DNA of 64,000 nt from Opitutaceae bacterium (GCA_035604815.1 DATNHT010000088.1:14388-78387); one strand, 5' to 3'; positions 37,136 through 49,416 are shown, numbered from the stretch's first letter. Notes: generated by a model not told the origin, from the sequence alone. Program-made: numbers and translations.

Positions 37136-37480
37136 TCAGGACAACTCGATCCGGGCCAGCTCCATCTCGCGGCCCTGCACCAGCTCGCCCGATATCCGGC
37201 CGCATCGGGGGCAGGTGAAGATGTAGTCCGACTCGACCCCGAATTCCAGGTCGCAGTCGACGCAGCGGCCGCGGGCCGGCACCGTCTCGAGCTCGAGTTC
37301 GGCCCCTGCCGCGGGCGTGCCCCTCACCGTGGCGTCAAAGGCGAGCCGGAGCGCGTCCGGATCAACGCCCGAGAGCGCTCCGATCCGCAGCACGATGCGG
37401 TGGATCTGGGTTGCGTCGTGCTCGCGAGCCTGGGCAACGACCGCCTCGATCGCGGTTTCCATGATTCCGACTTCGTGCAC
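37136..37480 (-). CDS. hypA: Hydrogenase nickel-insertion protein HypA
   Basis: MHEVGIM N-terminus and the CxxC...CPRC zinc site. Confidence 0.9.
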   Translation of the reverse strand: MHEVGIMETAIEAVVAQAREHDATQIHRIVLRIGALSGVDPDALRLAFDATVRGTPAAGAELELETVPARGRCVDCDLEFGVESDYIFTCPRCGRISGELVQGREMELARIELS

Positions 37481-37498
37481 GGCGATGAGGCCCCGGCG

Positions 37499-38092
37499 CT
37501 AGGGCCTGATTGCGGCCGCCATGGCCAGCAGGACGAATCCCGCGGCGGCGAAAGCCCAGCCCGGGGCCCTTGATGCGGGCGCCGGCAGCCGGGCGGCAAG
37601 CCTTTCCGATGCGACTCCGGCCGCGAGCAGGATCGCCGTGGCCGCGACAAAGCCGCTGCCGTAGGCCATGGCCCCGGCCGAGGCCGGCATCTCGGCCCCG
37701 TGCGCCGCGCCGTGCAGGACGGCGAAGGCGCCCACACAGGCGGCGGCGGCCGCCGCCGGCATGCGCGCCCGCCGGGCGATCATGAGCCCCAGCAGCAGGA
37801 CCGACGCCGCAATCGCCTGCTCCACGCCCGGCACGGGTCCGGTCCAATGGCCGGCCACCGCCCCGAGGGCCATGGCGAGGAGGAACGCCGCGGGCAGGAG
37901 CCGCGGGGCGCGCATCTGCGCCGCCCAGAAACCAACCGCCAACATGGCGAGGATGTGATCCCATCCGCTGAACGGGTGGGCGAGGCCGCCGGTGAAGCCG
38001 GAGGCCGGCTCGAGGCCGGGATGGGCGTGCGCCGCCGGGATTGCGGCGAGAAAGAGCGCGGTTGCGACAAGGCCGTTGAATCTTGGTTTCAT
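37499..38092 (-). CDS. hupE: HupE/UreJ-family nickel/cobalt transporter
   Basis: Signal peptide, then HPFSGWDHILAMLAVG (the HupE signature), and a hydrophobic Ala/Gly-rich body. ATG at 38092. Confidence 0.85.
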   Translation of the reverse strand: MKPRFNGLVATALFLAAIPAAHAHPGLEPASGFTGGLAHPFSGWDHILAMLAVGFWAAQMRAPRLLPAAFLLAMALGAVAGHWTGPVPGVEQAIAASVLLLGLMIARRARMPAAAAAACVGAFAVLHGAAHGAEMPASAGAMAYGSGFVAATAILLAAGVASERLAARLPAPASRAPGWAFAAAGFVLLAMAAAIRP

Positions 38093-38553
38093 GCGGTTTT
38101 GCTTTGGGAAACTGACGGGCGGGCCTCCGTCTTCTGGCTGGGCACGACCACGACGGGACAGGGAGCCTTCTGGATCACGCCGCCGGCCGTTCCGCCGACG
38201 AAAAGCTGGTAGAGGGACCCGTGGCCGTGGGAGCCCATGACGATGTAGTCGGCCTTCGACCGGGCCGCTTCCGCGAGAATCGTCGCCACGGGGGGCCCGT
38301 GCTTGACGGCGGCGTCGGCGACGACGCCTGCGCGCTTCAGGCGCTGCTGCCATTGCCCCATGCCCCGCTCGGCCTCCTTCCCCTCCTTCTCGGCCAGCCG
38401 TTCGGCCTCGGGGGCGTATTCATTGATGACTGCCGGCGGCACGACATGCAGAAGGAGCACCCGGCCCCCAATTTCCCCCGCCAGGGCGCCGGCCTCGGAA
38501 ATCACCCCCGCCGCAGCCTCGGAAAGATCGATCGGGGCAAGGATTGTCTTCAT
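38089..38553 (-). CDS. Universal stress protein (UspA family)
   Basis: MKTILAPIDLSE...VLLLHVV...DYIVMGSHGHGSL...GGTAGGVIQKAPCPVVVV. The stop overlaps the hupE start. Confidence 0.85.
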   Translation of the reverse strand: MKTILAPIDLSEAAAGVISEAGALAGEIGGRVLLLHVVPPAVINEYAPEAERLAEKEGKEAERGMGQWQQRLKRAGVVADAAVKHGPPVATILAEAARSKADYIVMGSHGHGSLYQLFVGGTAGGVIQKAPCPVVVVPSQKTEARPSVSQSKTA

Positions 38554-38704
38554 GGCGACCAAAGGTATCATCTTGGCGCTCCGCGGACAACGCATGGATT
38601 GCCCATTTCTGTGCGATACTTGCGCAGCCATTTTCAGGCCCAGCGCAATATTTGTGCTGGAATTGGCAATAACTGCGTAGAGGGGACCCGGCGCCCATGG
38701 CATC

Positions 38705-41700
38705 ATGCTGCGCATGGCCGATTCACCCTCCACTTTCGAGTATGTAACGTGCGATGGAAACGAGGCCGTGGCCTCGGTCGCCTACCGGCTAAATGAGCTG
38801 ATCGCCATCTACCCGATAACGCCCTCTTCGACCATGGCGGAATCGTGCGACGAGTGGGCCGCCGCGGGCCGGACGAATCTGTGGGGCCAGGTCCCGCGTA
38901 TCGTCGAGATGCAGTCGGAGGGTGGCGCGGCCGGCGCGGTGCACGGCGGGCTGCTGGGCGGCGCCTTGACCACGACCTTCACGGCTTCCCAGGGGCTGCT
39001 GCTGATGATCCCGAATCTCTACAAGATCGCGGGAGAGCTGCTGCCGCTCGCGGTGCACGTGAGCGCGCGCGCGCTTGCGGCGCAGGGCCTGTCGATCTTC
39101 GGCGACCACCAGGACGTCATGGCTTGCCGGGCGACCGGCTGCGCGCTGCTCTGCAGCAACTCCCCGCAGGAGGCCCACGACCTCGCGCTGGTCGCGCATG
39201 CTGCGAGCTACCGATCGCGCGTGCCGTTCATCCACTTTTTCGACGGCTTCCGCACGTCGCACGAGGTGTCGAAGATTGCGCTGCTCTCCGACAGGATCCT
39301 GCGCTCCGTCCTGGACGAGGGGGACATCGCGGATTTCCGGGCCCGCGCGATGACGCCCGACCGCCCCAGCCTGCGGGGAACGGCGCAGAATCCGGACGTC
39401 TATTTCCAGGGCCGCGAGGCGGTCAACCGGTTCTACGAAACCCTGCCGGAGACCGTGCAAACCACGATGGACCTGCTGGCCGCCGCGACCGGCCGCGTCT
39501 ACCGCATCTTTGACTACCACGGGCATCCCGAAGCCGAGCGGGTGATCGTCGCAATGGGCAGCGCAGCCGAGACGATTGTCGAGACCGTCGACTGGCTGGT
39601 CGCCCGGGGCGAGAAGGTGGGGGTCGTCGCCGTGCGTCTCTTCCTTCCGTTCTGCGTCAAGTCGTTCCTGGATGCGCTGCCGGCCACGGTCAAGGCCGTC
39701 GCCGCCCTGGACCGCACGAAAGAGCCCGGCTCGCTGGGCGAGCCGCTGTACTTGAACGTCATGGGCGCGCTTGCCGAGGGCGATCCGTCGCGCGCCGCGC
39801 GGACGCGGGTCCACGGCGGCCGCTACGGCCTCGGCTCAAAGGAATTCACGCCAGGCATGGTGCGGGCCGTCTTCGAGCGGCTTTCGGAGCCCGCGGCACG
39901 GGCGCATTTCACGGTCGGCATCTGCGACGACGTGACGGGCACCTCCCTGGCCTACGACCCCGACTTCGACCTTGAGCCGCCGGAGGTGCGGCGCTGCGTG
40001 TTCGTCGGGCTTGGCGCGGACGGCACGGTTGGGGCCAACAAGAACTCGATCAAGATCATCGGCGAGCAGACCACCAATTTCGCCCAGGGGTACTTTGTCT
40101 ACGATTCCAAGAAGTCGGGATCGATGACGGTGTCGCACCTGCGCTTCGGCCCGAGGCCCATCCGCGCGCCGTACCTGATCCGCCGGGCGGAATTCGTCGC
40201 CTGCAGCCAGTTCCATTTCGTCGGACGCTCGGACGTCCTTGCCTATGCCGCGCCCGGCGGGACCGTGCTGCTGAACTCGCCCTATTCGCCGGGCGAGACC
40301 TGGGCAAAGCTGCCGCGGGGCTGGCAGGAGGCGCTGATAGAGAAGAAGCTGCGCCTCTTCATCATCGATGCCACCGGCGTGGCCCAGGCGGCCGGGATGG
40401 GCCGGCGCACGAACACGGTTCTGCAGACCTGCTTCTTCGCGCTCTCCGGCGTCCTGCCGCCAGACGAGGCCGTGGCGCAGATCAAGGGCGCCATAGCCAA
40501 GACCTACGGCAAGAAGGGCGAGCAGATCGTGAAGATGAACTTTGCGGCGGTGGACGCCGCGCTCGCCGGCCTGCACGAGTTTCCGATTCCCGCCTCCCCG
40601 GATGCCGGGGTGGCCGCCACCATTCCGCCGTCGTACGCCGGGGCGCCGGAATTCGTCCAGAAAGTCACGGCCCGGCTGCTGGCGGACAAGGGGGACCTCA
40701 TGCCGGTCAGCGCGATGCCGTTCGACGGATGCTGGCCGACGGGCACGTCGCGGTTCGAGAAGCGCAACATCGCGCTAGAAATGCCGGTGTGGGATCCGGC
40801 CGTGTGCATCCAATGCAACAAGTGCGTGCTCGTTTGCCCGCACGCCGCCATCCGCGCGAAATTCGTGGCCCCCGAGGACCTGGCCCGCGCGCCAGCGGGG
40901 TACGTCACGGTGCCGTTCAAGTCCACGGAGTTTCCGGGCCAGCGCTACAGCCTGCAAGTCGCGCCGGAGGACTGCACGGGCTGCTCGCTCTGCGTCCAGG
41001 TCTGCCCCGCCAAGGACCGCAGCAACCCGCGCCACAAGGCGATCGACATGGCGCCGCAGCCGCCTCGGCTCGCGGCCGAGCGGGTCAACTGGGAATTCTT
41101 CCTGGGCCTGCCCGATCCCGACCGCTCCCGCCTCGACACGAGCACGGTCAAGGGCGTGCAGTTCATGGCGCCGCTGATGGAGTTCTCCGGGGCATGCGCG
41201 GGCTGCGGAGAGACGCCCTACCTCAAGCTCCTGACACAGCTCTTCGGCGACAGGCTGGTGATCGCAAACGCGACCGGCTGCTCTTCGATCTACGGGGGAA
41301 ACCTGCCGACGACGCCCTATTGCACGAACCGCGAGGGCCGGGGGCCGGCCTGGGCCAACTCGCTTTTTGAGGACAACGCCGAGTTCGGCCTCGGCCTGCA
41401 GCTGGCGATGGAGCAGCGCGGGCGCTCCGCCAGGGACCTGCTGGCGCGCCTGGCGACCCGCCTGACGACCGGACTTAAGGACGCCCTCCTCGGCGCCGAC
41501 CAGAATACGGAGGCCGGCATCGCCACCCAGCGGGCGCGCGTCGCCGCCCTGCGCGAGATCCTGCGCACCGTGGACGGGGCCGACGCCCGCCGCCTGGAGG
41601 CCCTGGCCGACGACTTGGTCAAGAAGTCCGTATGGATCGTCGGGGGCGACGGCTGGGCGTACGACATCGGCTACGGCGGGCTCGACCACGTGCTGGCGAG

Positions 41701-42364
41701 CGGAGCCAACGTCAAGGTGCTCGTGCTCGACACCGAGGTCTATTCGAACACCGGAGGCCAGTCCTCCAAGTCGACCCCCATCGGGGCGGTCGCGAAATTC
41801 GCCTCCGGCGGCAAGAGTCTGGCGAAGAAGGACCTTGCGCTGATGGCCATGCAATACCACCACGTGTATGTCGCCCAGGTCGCCTTCGGCGCCAAGGACA
41901 GCCAGACCGTGGCCGCCTTTCGCGAGGCCGAGGCCTATAACGGGCCCGCGCTGATCATCGCCTACTCCCACTGCATCGCGCACGGATTCCCGCTCCACCT
42001 GGGGGCCGAGCAGCAGAAGCTCGCGGTCGAAACCGGCTTTTGGCCCCTGTTCCGGTACGATCCTCGATCGGCCGATGCCGGCGAGCCGTTCAAGCTCGAC
42101 TCCGGGCCGCCCAAGGGCGACCTGGACCGGTTCACTGCAAACGAAACGCGATTCAGCATGCTCAGGAACGTCGCGCCCGCGCGGGCCGCCGAACTGGCCG
42201 TGCGCGCACAGGAGCAGGTGCGCAAGCGCTATTTTTTCTACCAGCGCATGGCCGGCCATGGCGGCGGCAACGGAGGCACCGACAAGGGCGCCCAGTCAGG
42301 CGGCCACGGGGCCGCCCCCGCCGCCGATGCGCCGGCCGCAACCCCCAGCACGGCCCACACATGA
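38705..42364 (+). CDS. nifJ: Pyruvate:ferredoxin (flavodoxin) oxidoreductase, single-polypeptide PFOR
   Basis: 1219 aa with domains I-VII, including 2x[4Fe-4S] (CIQCNKCVLVCPHAAIR; CTGCSLCVQVCP) and the TPP domain GGDGWAYDIGYGGLDH. Confidence 0.95.
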   Translation: MLRMADSPSTFEYVTCDGNEAVASVAYRLNELIAIYPITPSSTMAESCDEWAAAGRTNLWGQVPRIVEMQSEGGAAGAVHGGLLGGALTTTFTASQGLLLMIPNLYKIAGELLPLAVHVSARALAAQGLSIFGDHQDVMACRATGCALLCSNSPQEAHDLALVAHAASYRSRVPFIHFFDGFRTSHEVSKIALLSDRILRSVLDEGDIADFRARAMTPDRPSLRGTAQNPDVYFQGREAVNRFYETLPETVQTTMDLLAAATGRVYRIFDYHGHPEAERVIVAMGSAAETIVETVDWLVARGEKVGVVAVRLFLPFCVKSFLDALPATVKAVAALDRTKEPGSLGEPLYLNVMGALAEGDPSRAARTRVHGGRYGLGSKEFTPGMVRAVFERLSEPAARAHFTVGICDDVTGTSLAYDPDFDLEPPEVRRCVFVGLGADGTVGANKNSIKIIGEQTTNFAQGYFVYDSKKSGSMTVSHLRFGPRPIRAPYLIRRAEFVACSQFHFVGRSDVLAYAAPGGTVLLNSPYSPGETWAKLPRGWQEALIEKKLRLFIIDATGVAQAAGMGRRTNTVLQTCFFALSGVLPPDEAVAQIKGAIAKTYGKKGEQIVKMNFAAVDAALAGLHEFPIPASPDAGVAATIPPSYAGAPEFVQKVTARLLADKGDLMPVSAMPFDGCWPTGTSRFEKRNIALEMPVWDPAVCIQCNKCVLVCPHAAIRAKFVAPEDLARAPAGYVTVPFKSTEFPGQRYSLQVAPEDCTGCSLCVQVCPAKDRSNPRHKAIDMAPQPPRLAAERVNWEFFLGLPDPDRSRLDTSTVKGVQFMAPLMEFSGACAGCGETPYLKLLTQLFGDRLVIANATGCSSIYGGNLPTTPYCTNREGRGPAWANSLFEDNAEFGLGLQLAMEQRGRSARDLLARLATRLTTGLKDALLGADQNTEAGIATQRARVAALREILRTVDGADARRLEALADDLVKKSVWIVGGDGWAYDIGYGGLDHVLASGANVKVLVLDTEVYSNTGGQSSKSTPIGAVAKFASGGKSLAKKDLALMAMQYHHVYVAQVAFGAKDSQTVAAFREAEAYNGPALIIAYSHCIAHGFPLHLGAEQQKLAVETGFWPLFRYDPRSADAGEPFKLDSGPPKGDLDRFTANETRFSMLRNVAPARAAELAVRAQEQVRKRYFFYQRMAGHGGGNGGTDKGAQSGGHGAAPAADAPAATPSTAHT

Positions 42365-43374
42365 ACCTCACCACGGACTATCTTGGACTGAAGCTCGAGA
42401 ACCCGATGGTCATCGGCGCGTCCCCTTTTTGCGACAGCATCGAGACCGCGTGCCAGCTGCAGGACGCCGGGGCCGGCGCCGTCGTGATGCGATCGTTGTT
42501 CGAGGAGCAGATCGAGAGCGAGATCCGCGCCTTGGCGCACCATGTCGAGTCGCCGGCCGAGAGCTTCGCCGAGGCGACCTCCTATTTCCCGAATTTCTCG
42601 GAATACCAGCTCGGCCCGGACCAGTACCTCCGCCAGATAGAGGGGCTAAAGCGGGCGCTCAGCATCCCGGTCATCGGCTCGCTGAACGGGGCCCGGCTGG
42701 GGGGGTGGACCGACTACGCGCGGCGCTTCGAGTCGGCCGGCGCCGACGCGATCGAGCTCAATCTCTACCAGCTTGTCTCCCGCGCCGACGTCAGCGCCAG
42801 CGAGGTCGAAGCCGACATGCTCGAGATCGTGCACCAGGTGTCGGCCTCGGTGCGGATTCCGGTCGCCGTCAAGCTGTCCCCGTTCCACACCTCGCCAGCG
42901 AGCTTCGCGAAGGCGATTGAGAAAGCCGGCGCCTCGGGCGTCGTGCTGTTCAACCGGTTCTATCAGCCCGACCTGGACCTGGACGAACTGGAGGTGCTGC
43001 CGCAGCTGCGCCTGTCCGACACGTCCGAGCTGCTGCTGCGCCTGCGGTGGCTTGCGATCATCTCCCCGCAGGTGCGGTGCTCCCTCGCCGCGAGCGGCGG
43101 CGTCCACGGCCCCGGCGACGCACTAAAGGCGCTCTTTGCCGGCGCCCACGCCGTGCAGGTCGTGTCCGTGCTGCTCCAGAACGGCCCGCGCTTCCTCTCG
43201 GTCATCCTGGACGGAATGAGCCGCTGGATGAGCGAGCACGGGTATTCCAGCCTCGACCAGATTCGCGGCTGCCTGAACCTGCGCCACTGCCCGGATCCCT
43301 CGGCCTTCGAGCGGGCCAATTACATCCGCATTCTCCAGACCTGGAAAGTGGCAACTCCTCATGAAAAAGCCTGA
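42361..43374 (+). CDS. Dihydroorotate-dehydrogenase-like FMN TIM-barrel protein (non-catalytic DHOD_like subgroup)
   Basis: LKLENPMVIGASP...AIELNLYQL, where a class-1 DHOD has LN(L/V)SCPN and so a catalytic Cys. The ATG overlaps the PFOR stop (ATGA). Confidence 0.8.
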   Translation: MNLTTDYLGLKLENPMVIGASPFCDSIETACQLQDAGAGAVVMRSLFEEQIESEIRALAHHVESPAESFAEATSYFPNFSEYQLGPDQYLRQIEGLKRALSIPVIGSLNGARLGGWTDYARRFESAGADAIELNLYQLVSRADVSASEVEADMLEIVHQVSASVRIPVAVKLSPFHTSPASFAKAIEKAGASGVVLFNRFYQPDLDLDELEVLPQLRLSDTSELLLRLRWLAIISPQVRCSLAASGGVHGPGDALKALFAGAHAVQVVSVLLQNGPRFLSVILDGMSRWMSEHGYSSLDQIRGCLNLRHCPDPSAFERANYIRILQTWKVATPHEKA

Positions 43375-44191
43375 TCGAAAGGCGTGGCTCCAGGGCGGCG
43401 CCGCCAGCTGCTCCAATCCTCCGGATCCGCCCCCCGGACCGGCCTGGCGCCTGGTGCTGCTGGGCGCGCCGGGCGTCGGCAAGGGCACGCAGGCCGAGCT
43501 CCTTTGCGAGCGGCTGGGGGCATGCCATCTGTCGACGGGAGACATCCTGCGGTCCGCTAGCTGCCAGGGGGTGCGCAACCGCTCGCCCGCGCTTCAGGAC
43601 GCGCTCCTTAGCATGCGCCAGGGCGCCCTCGTGTCGGACGAGACCATGCTGGAACTTGTTGGCGAGCGCGGCCGCTGCCTGCGCTGCTGCGGCGGCTTCG
43701 TCCTGGACGGCTTTCCGCGCACGGTCGCGCAGGCCGAGGCCCTTGACGGCTTGCTCACGCGCGAAGGCGTGGGCCTGGACGCGGTCTTCGACTACGAGCT
43801 GCCCACCGAGGAGATCGTGGCCCGGCTGAGCGGGCGGCGGGTCTGCCCCGGGTGCAAGGCGGTCTATCACCTGGCCCACCAGCCGCCCCAGAAGGCAGGG
43901 ATCTGCGACGCCTGCGGCAACCGCCTCATCCGGCGCGAGGACGACAAGCCGGAGACGATCCTCACGAGGATGCGGGCCTACGAAAAGAACACCCGGCCTC
44001 TCCTTGAATGGTACGGGCGGCGGGGGCTGCTTGTCACGGTCCCGGCGCACGGCACGCCGGACGAGATCTACGCGCGCGCGTGGACCTGCGGCCGGTCCGC
44101 GCAAGCCGGCCGGACGCCGGCCGCGGGCAAGCCGGACCGCGGTTCCGCAGCCGGCGATGAAGCGCTCGCACCTCCCGCACGGCTTTCCTGA
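43361..44191 (+). CDS. adk: Adenylate kinase (Zn-lid type) with N- and C-terminal extensions
   Basis: LLGAPGVGKGTQ P-loop, GFVLDGFPRT, and lid CPGC...CDAC. Confidence 0.88.
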   Translation: MKKPDRKAWLQGGAASCSNPPDPPPGPAWRLVLLGAPGVGKGTQAELLCERLGACHLSTGDILRSASCQGVRNRSPALQDALLSMRQGALVSDETMLELVGERGRCLRCCGGFVLDGFPRTVAQAEALDGLLTREGVGLDAVFDYELPTEEIVARLSGRRVCPGCKAVYHLAHQPPQKAGICDACGNRLIRREDDKPETILTRMRAYEKNTRPLLEWYGRRGLLVTVPAHGTPDEIYARAWTCGRSAQAGRTPAAGKPDRGSAAGDEALAPPARLS

Positions 44192-44577
44192 GCCCGTGCC
44201 GGGCGGCGCGCGAGAGCTGCTCGCCGAAACCGAGATCCTCCGCCGGCAACGTCAATAGCCATGCCTCGGGCGCGCGGCCGAAGGCGTCCCGAGCCAGCGC
44301 GAGAAGAATGCGCGGGTCGGCGGCGTGGGCCAGGACCTGGGAGGAGTCGGACGGATCGATCCGGCGCATCCGCACCCGCCCCGGACAGTCCAGGGCTGCG
44401 TCGACGAAGACTGCGGCGCGGGCCTGCGACAGCGGGTCGGCCATCTCGGGCGTGAGCTGCGCGCACGCCATAGTGCGCACGCCCGGAAGGCGCAGCTCCT
44501 CCACCGCGCCGGCGACCCTCGGCCCGACGCCGTCGTCGCGGCGGAGGGTGTTGCCGTAGCCGATGACCAGCAGCTCG

Positions 44578-44585
<8 letters not shown>
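44034..44585 (-). CDS. hoxW: [NiFe]-hydrogenase maturation endopeptidase (HoxW/HyaD family)
   Basis: [21 protein letters not shown] is typical of hydrogenase C-terminal processing proteases. The start overlaps the hoxH stop. Confidence 0.85.
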
Positions 44586-46002
<1,417 letters not shown>

Positions 46003-46018
46003 GAGTGTGCCTGCGGGT

Positions 46019-46567
46019 TCAGCCGAACTTGAGCTGCTCGCCCTCCAGTTGCAGCGGAAGGCCCGCGAGCACCCGCTCCAGCAGCGCCCTGATCCGCTGC
46101 GCTGACGGCGGGCAGCCGGGCAGATAGGCGTCCACGTGCACGATTTCATGCAGGGGCCGCACGCGCTCCAGCAGCTCCGGGACGATGCCCTCGCCCCGGG
46201 GCAGCCGCGGGTTGTCCTGGGCGTTGTCAATGTAGGCGCACTGCAGCACGTTCTCCGCGTTGCCGGGGCCCAGCTGGTTGCGGATGGCGGACACGTTGCC
46301 CGTCACGGCGCAGTCGCCGAACGAGACGAGGACCTTGGTGCGCCGGCGGATCTTATGGAGCTGCTCGAGGTTGTCGCGGTTGCAGACTGCGCCCTCGACC
46401 AGGCACACGTCGACGCCCTCGGGATACTCCTTCACGTCGATCACCGGGCTGTAGACCAGGTCGACCATTCCGGCCAGCTCGATCAGGAACTCGTCCAGGT
46501 CGAGGAACGACATGTGGCATCCGGAGCAGCCGCCCAGCCAGGCTGTGGCTAACCTTAGACGGTCCAT
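46019..46567 (-). CDS. hoxY: [NiFe]-hydrogenase small subunit HoxY
   Basis: [13 protein letters not shown]...GDCA...LPGCPP, a short group-3 small subunit of 182 aa. Confidence 0.88.
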   Translation of the reverse strand: MDRLRLATAWLGGCSGCHMSFLDLDEFLIELAGMVDLVYSPVIDVKEYPEGVDVCLVEGAVCNRDNLEQLHKIRRRTKVLVSFGDCAVTGNVSAIRNQLGPGNAENVLQCAYIDNAQDNPRLPRGEGIVPELLERVRPLHEIVHVDAYLPGCPPSAQRIRALLERVLAGLPLQLEGEQLKFG

Positions 46568-47271
46568 TGTTTTTTCTCCCGTGCGTTGACGATGAATTCG
46601 AGCTTGGTGCGGTCGCGCGTCATCTCGCCCACGGTCGAGCCGCGGCTGAAGAGGGCCCCGGTGGGGCAGGCGAGGACGCACTTGCCGCAGGATGTGCAGG
46701 TATCCGACTCACCCCACGGCTGGTTAAGGTCGTCTATGATCGTCGATTTCGCGCCGCGGCCGGCGACGTTCTTTGTGCCCGCGCCCTCGATATGCCAGCA
46801 GACGCGCACGCAGCGGGTGCAGAGGATGCAGCGGTTGTGATCGAGGCCGAAGAGCGGATGGGTCGCGTCCACGCCCCATCTGGGGAAGCAGTAGTCGTAG
46901 CGCACGTGGTCCACGCCGTGCTGCCAGGCCAGCGTCTGGAGCTCGCAGTTGCCGTTGGACACGCAGACGGCGCAGACGTGGTTGCGCTCCGCGAACAGGA
47001 GCTCAAGGGTCATCCGGCGGTACCTGCGCAGGCGCTCGGAATCGGTGTGGACGTCCATGCCCTCGGCGATCTGGGTCGTGCACGACGGGAGAAGCTTGGC
47101 CACGCCGGCCACCTCGACCAGGCACATGCGGCAGGCCCCCACGTCGTACACGCCGTCGAGGTGGCAGAGCGTCGGGATCTTGATTCCGGCGTCGGAGGCG
47201 GCGTCCAGAATGGTCGCGCCCTCCTGGGCGCTGACTTCCTTGCCGTCGATGATCAGGGTCTTGGCAGCCAT
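46555..47271 (-). CDS. hoxU: Diaphorase subunit HoxU (NuoG-N-terminal-like Fe-S protein)
   Basis: 2Fe-2S CHLDG...CRMCLVEV, then [21 protein letters not shown] and [14 protein letters not shown]. Confidence 0.9.
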   Translation of the reverse strand: MAAKTLIIDGKEVSAQEGATILDAASDAGIKIPTLCHLDGVYDVGACRMCLVEVAGVAKLLPSCTTQIAEGMDVHTDSERLRRYRRMTLELLFAERNHVCAVCVSNGNCELQTLAWQHGVDHVRYDYCFPRWGVDATHPLFGLDHNRCILCTRCVRVCWHIEGAGTKNVAGRGAKSTIIDDLNQPWGESDTCTSCGKCVLACPTGALFSRGSTVGEMTRDRTKLEFIVNAREKKQWTV

Positions 47272-47276
47272 TGGGT

Positions 47277-48929
47277 TTACGAGGCCTCCTTGTTCCGGGC
47301 GGGGGCCGCACCGGCCGCGGCCGCAGGCTCTCCGTCCGGCTCCTGCCGCAGGAGCTCCAGGTATTCGTTACGGAAGAACCGCAGCGTGCTGACGACCGGA
47401 TTGGGCGCATTCTGGCCAAGGCCGCACAGGCTGGTGTGCCGCACCATTTCGCAAAGGTCCTCCAGCTTGGATAGGTCGCCGGCGGTGGCCTCGCGTTTGA
47501 CGATCTTGTCAAGGAGGCGGTGCATCTGCACCGTCCCGGCGCGGCAGGGGATGCACTTGCCGCACGACTCGTCCATGCAGAATTCCATGAAGTACCGGGC
47601 GACCTCCGGCATGCGCGTGGATTCGTCCATCACGATCATGCCGCCGGAGCCCATGATCGACCCGAGGCGTGTGAGCGACTCATAGTCCACCGGCGTGTCG
47701 AGCTCGTGGGCGGGGATGCACCCGCCGGAGGGCCCGCCGGTTTGCACCGCCTTGATCTTTGCGCCGTCGGGCGCGCCGCCGCCCATCTCCTCGACGATCT
47801 GCCTGAGGGGCGTGCCCATCGGCACCTCGATAAGGCCCGTGTTGGCGATCTTGCCCGCGAGAGCGAACACCTTCGTGCCCTTGCTCTTGCCGGTCCCGAT
47901 GGCCGCGTACCATTCGGCCCCCCGGCGGATGATCGGGGCGATGTTTGCAAACGTCTCGACGTTGTTGATCAACGTCGGGCAGCCCCACAGGCCGCTCTCG
48001 GCGGGGAAGGGCGGGCGGGGCCGCGGAGTGCCGCGCTTGCCCTCGATCGAGGCCATGAGGGCGGTCTCCTCGCCGCAGACGTAGGCGCCGGCGCCGATGC
48101 GGATATCGACGTTGAAGTTGAACGGCGATTCAAGGATGCCGCTGCCGAGGAGGCCGATCTGCTTCGCCTGCTTGATCGCGATCTGCAGCCGCTTGATGGC
48201 CAGCGGGTATTCGGCGCGGACATAGATGAAGCCCTGGCTCGCTCCGACGGCGTAGCCGGCGATGGCCATGCCCTCGAGCACGCTGTGGGGGTCGCTTTCG
48301 AGAACGCTGCGGTCCATGAACGCCCCGGGGTCGCCCTCGTCAGCGTTGCAGACCACGTACTTCTGGGCGCCGGGCGTCTTGGCCACGGTGGCCCATTTGA
48401 GACCGGTCGGATAGCCGGCGCCGCCCCGGCCGCGAAGCCCGCTCCTAATCACGCTGTCGACCGCGTCCTTGGGCGCCATCTCGATCAGCACCGCGTGCAG
48501 GCCCAGGTAGCCGTCCGCCGCGATGTAGGACTCGATCCGCTCCGGGTCGATTTCCCCGCTGTTGGCCAGCACGATGGAAAGCTGCTTGCGGAAGAAGGGG
48601 TGGTTCGGGTCGCCCCGCCTGACCTGGGTCGCCCCTCCCTCGGTCGATGCGACGAGCGACGGGGCGTCCTCGGGCGTGACCCTCTCGTAAATGATGCCTG
48701 CGGGGTCGACGCCGACCAGGGGACCCTGGCAGCACAGCCGCATGCATCCGACGCCGCGCACTTCCACCCGGTCGTCCAGGCCCGACTCGCGCACCGCCTT
48801 CTCCAGTCCGGCTTTCACCGCGTCGGAATGGGAGGACATGCACCCGGCAGCCGTGCAGCAGCGGATGACCGTCTTCTTGCGGGAGGCGCGTTCCTTTTCC
48901 GCGATCGCGTTCAGGTCATCAAGGTCCAT
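47277..48929 (-). CDS. hoxF: Diaphorase subunit HoxF (NuoF-like, FMN/NADH-binding)
   Basis: [31 protein letters not shown], and the 4Fe-4S motif [10 protein letters not shown]. Confidence 0.92.
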   Translation of the reverse strand: MDLDDLNAIAEKERASRKKTVIRCCTAAGCMSSHSDAVKAGLEKAVRESGLDDRVEVRGVGCMRLCCQGPLVGVDPAGIIYERVTPEDAPSLVASTEGGATQVRRGDPNHPFFRKQLSIVLANSGEIDPERIESYIAADGYLGLHAVLIEMAPKDAVDSVIRSGLRGRGGAGYPTGLKWATVAKTPGAQKYVVCNADEGDPGAFMDRSVLESDPHSVLEGMAIAGYAVGASQGFIYVRAEYPLAIKRLQIAIKQAKQIGLLGSGILESPFNFNVDIRIGAGAYVCGEETALMASIEGKRGTPRPRPPFPAESGLWGCPTLINNVETFANIAPIIRRGAEWYAAIGTGKSKGTKVFALAGKIANTGLIEVPMGTPLRQIVEEMGGGAPDGAKIKAVQTGGPSGGCIPAHELDTPVDYESLTRLGSIMGSGGMIVMDESTRMPEVARYFMEFCMDESCGKCIPCRAGTVQMHRLLDKIVKREATAGDLSKLEDLCEMVRHTSLCGLGQNAPNPVVSTLRFFRNEYLELLRQEPDGEPAAAAGAAPARNKEAS

Positions 48930-49416
48930 GGGGAAGCCATCCTTTCACTTGGGCCACTGCCGATTCGGGGGTCTGCCGGGGAACGGTTGTGCCGTCGTAG
49001 ACGACGGCCGGGGCGATGCCGCAGGCCCCTATGCAGCGCGCCGTCAGGACCGAGAGCTGCTTGTCGGGCGTCGTTTCGCCTGCCTTAATCTTCGCCTCGG
49101 CCTCGATAGCCGCCAGCACCCGGTCCGCCCCGCGGACGTAGCAGGCGGTGCCCAGGCAGACGACGCAGGTGTGCGCTCCCTGGGGCTTCAGGGTGAAGAA
49201 ATGATAGAAGGTGGCCACGCCGTAGACGCGGCCCGGGGGAAGCTTGAGCTGGTAGGCCACGAACAGCAGGAGGTCGTCCTCCAGGTACCCGAAGAGCTCC
49301 TGGGCCTTGTGCAGCACCTCGATCAGGGCGTCCTGCCGGCCCTGGAATTTCTTGATGTGGGCCTCAAGGATCTTGAAGCGCTTGTCGCCGCTCGCGTGCT
49401 TCATTACCCGGGCCAC
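48919..49416 (-). CDS. hoxE: Diaphorase subunit HoxE (NuoE-like 2Fe-2S protein)
   Basis: [12 protein letters not shown]...CIGACGIAP. The GTG at 49416 is preceded by AAGGAG; the ATG at 49404 is the alternative start. Confidence 0.85.
   Translation of the reverse strand: MARVMKHASGDKRFKILEAHIKKFQGRQDALIEVLHKAQELFGYLEDDLLLFVAYQLKLPPGRVYGVATFYHFFTLKPQGAHTCVVCLGTACYVRGADRVLAAIEAEAKIKAGETTPDKQLSVLTARCIGACGIAPAVVYDGTTVPRQTPESAVAQVKGWLPHGP

Noticed and set aside
38664-38676. Sigma-54-like TGGCA...TGC element upstream of nifJ.
   Set aside because: The GG-to-GC spacing is 8 nt rather than the required 10 nt, so it does not match the -24/-12 geometry.
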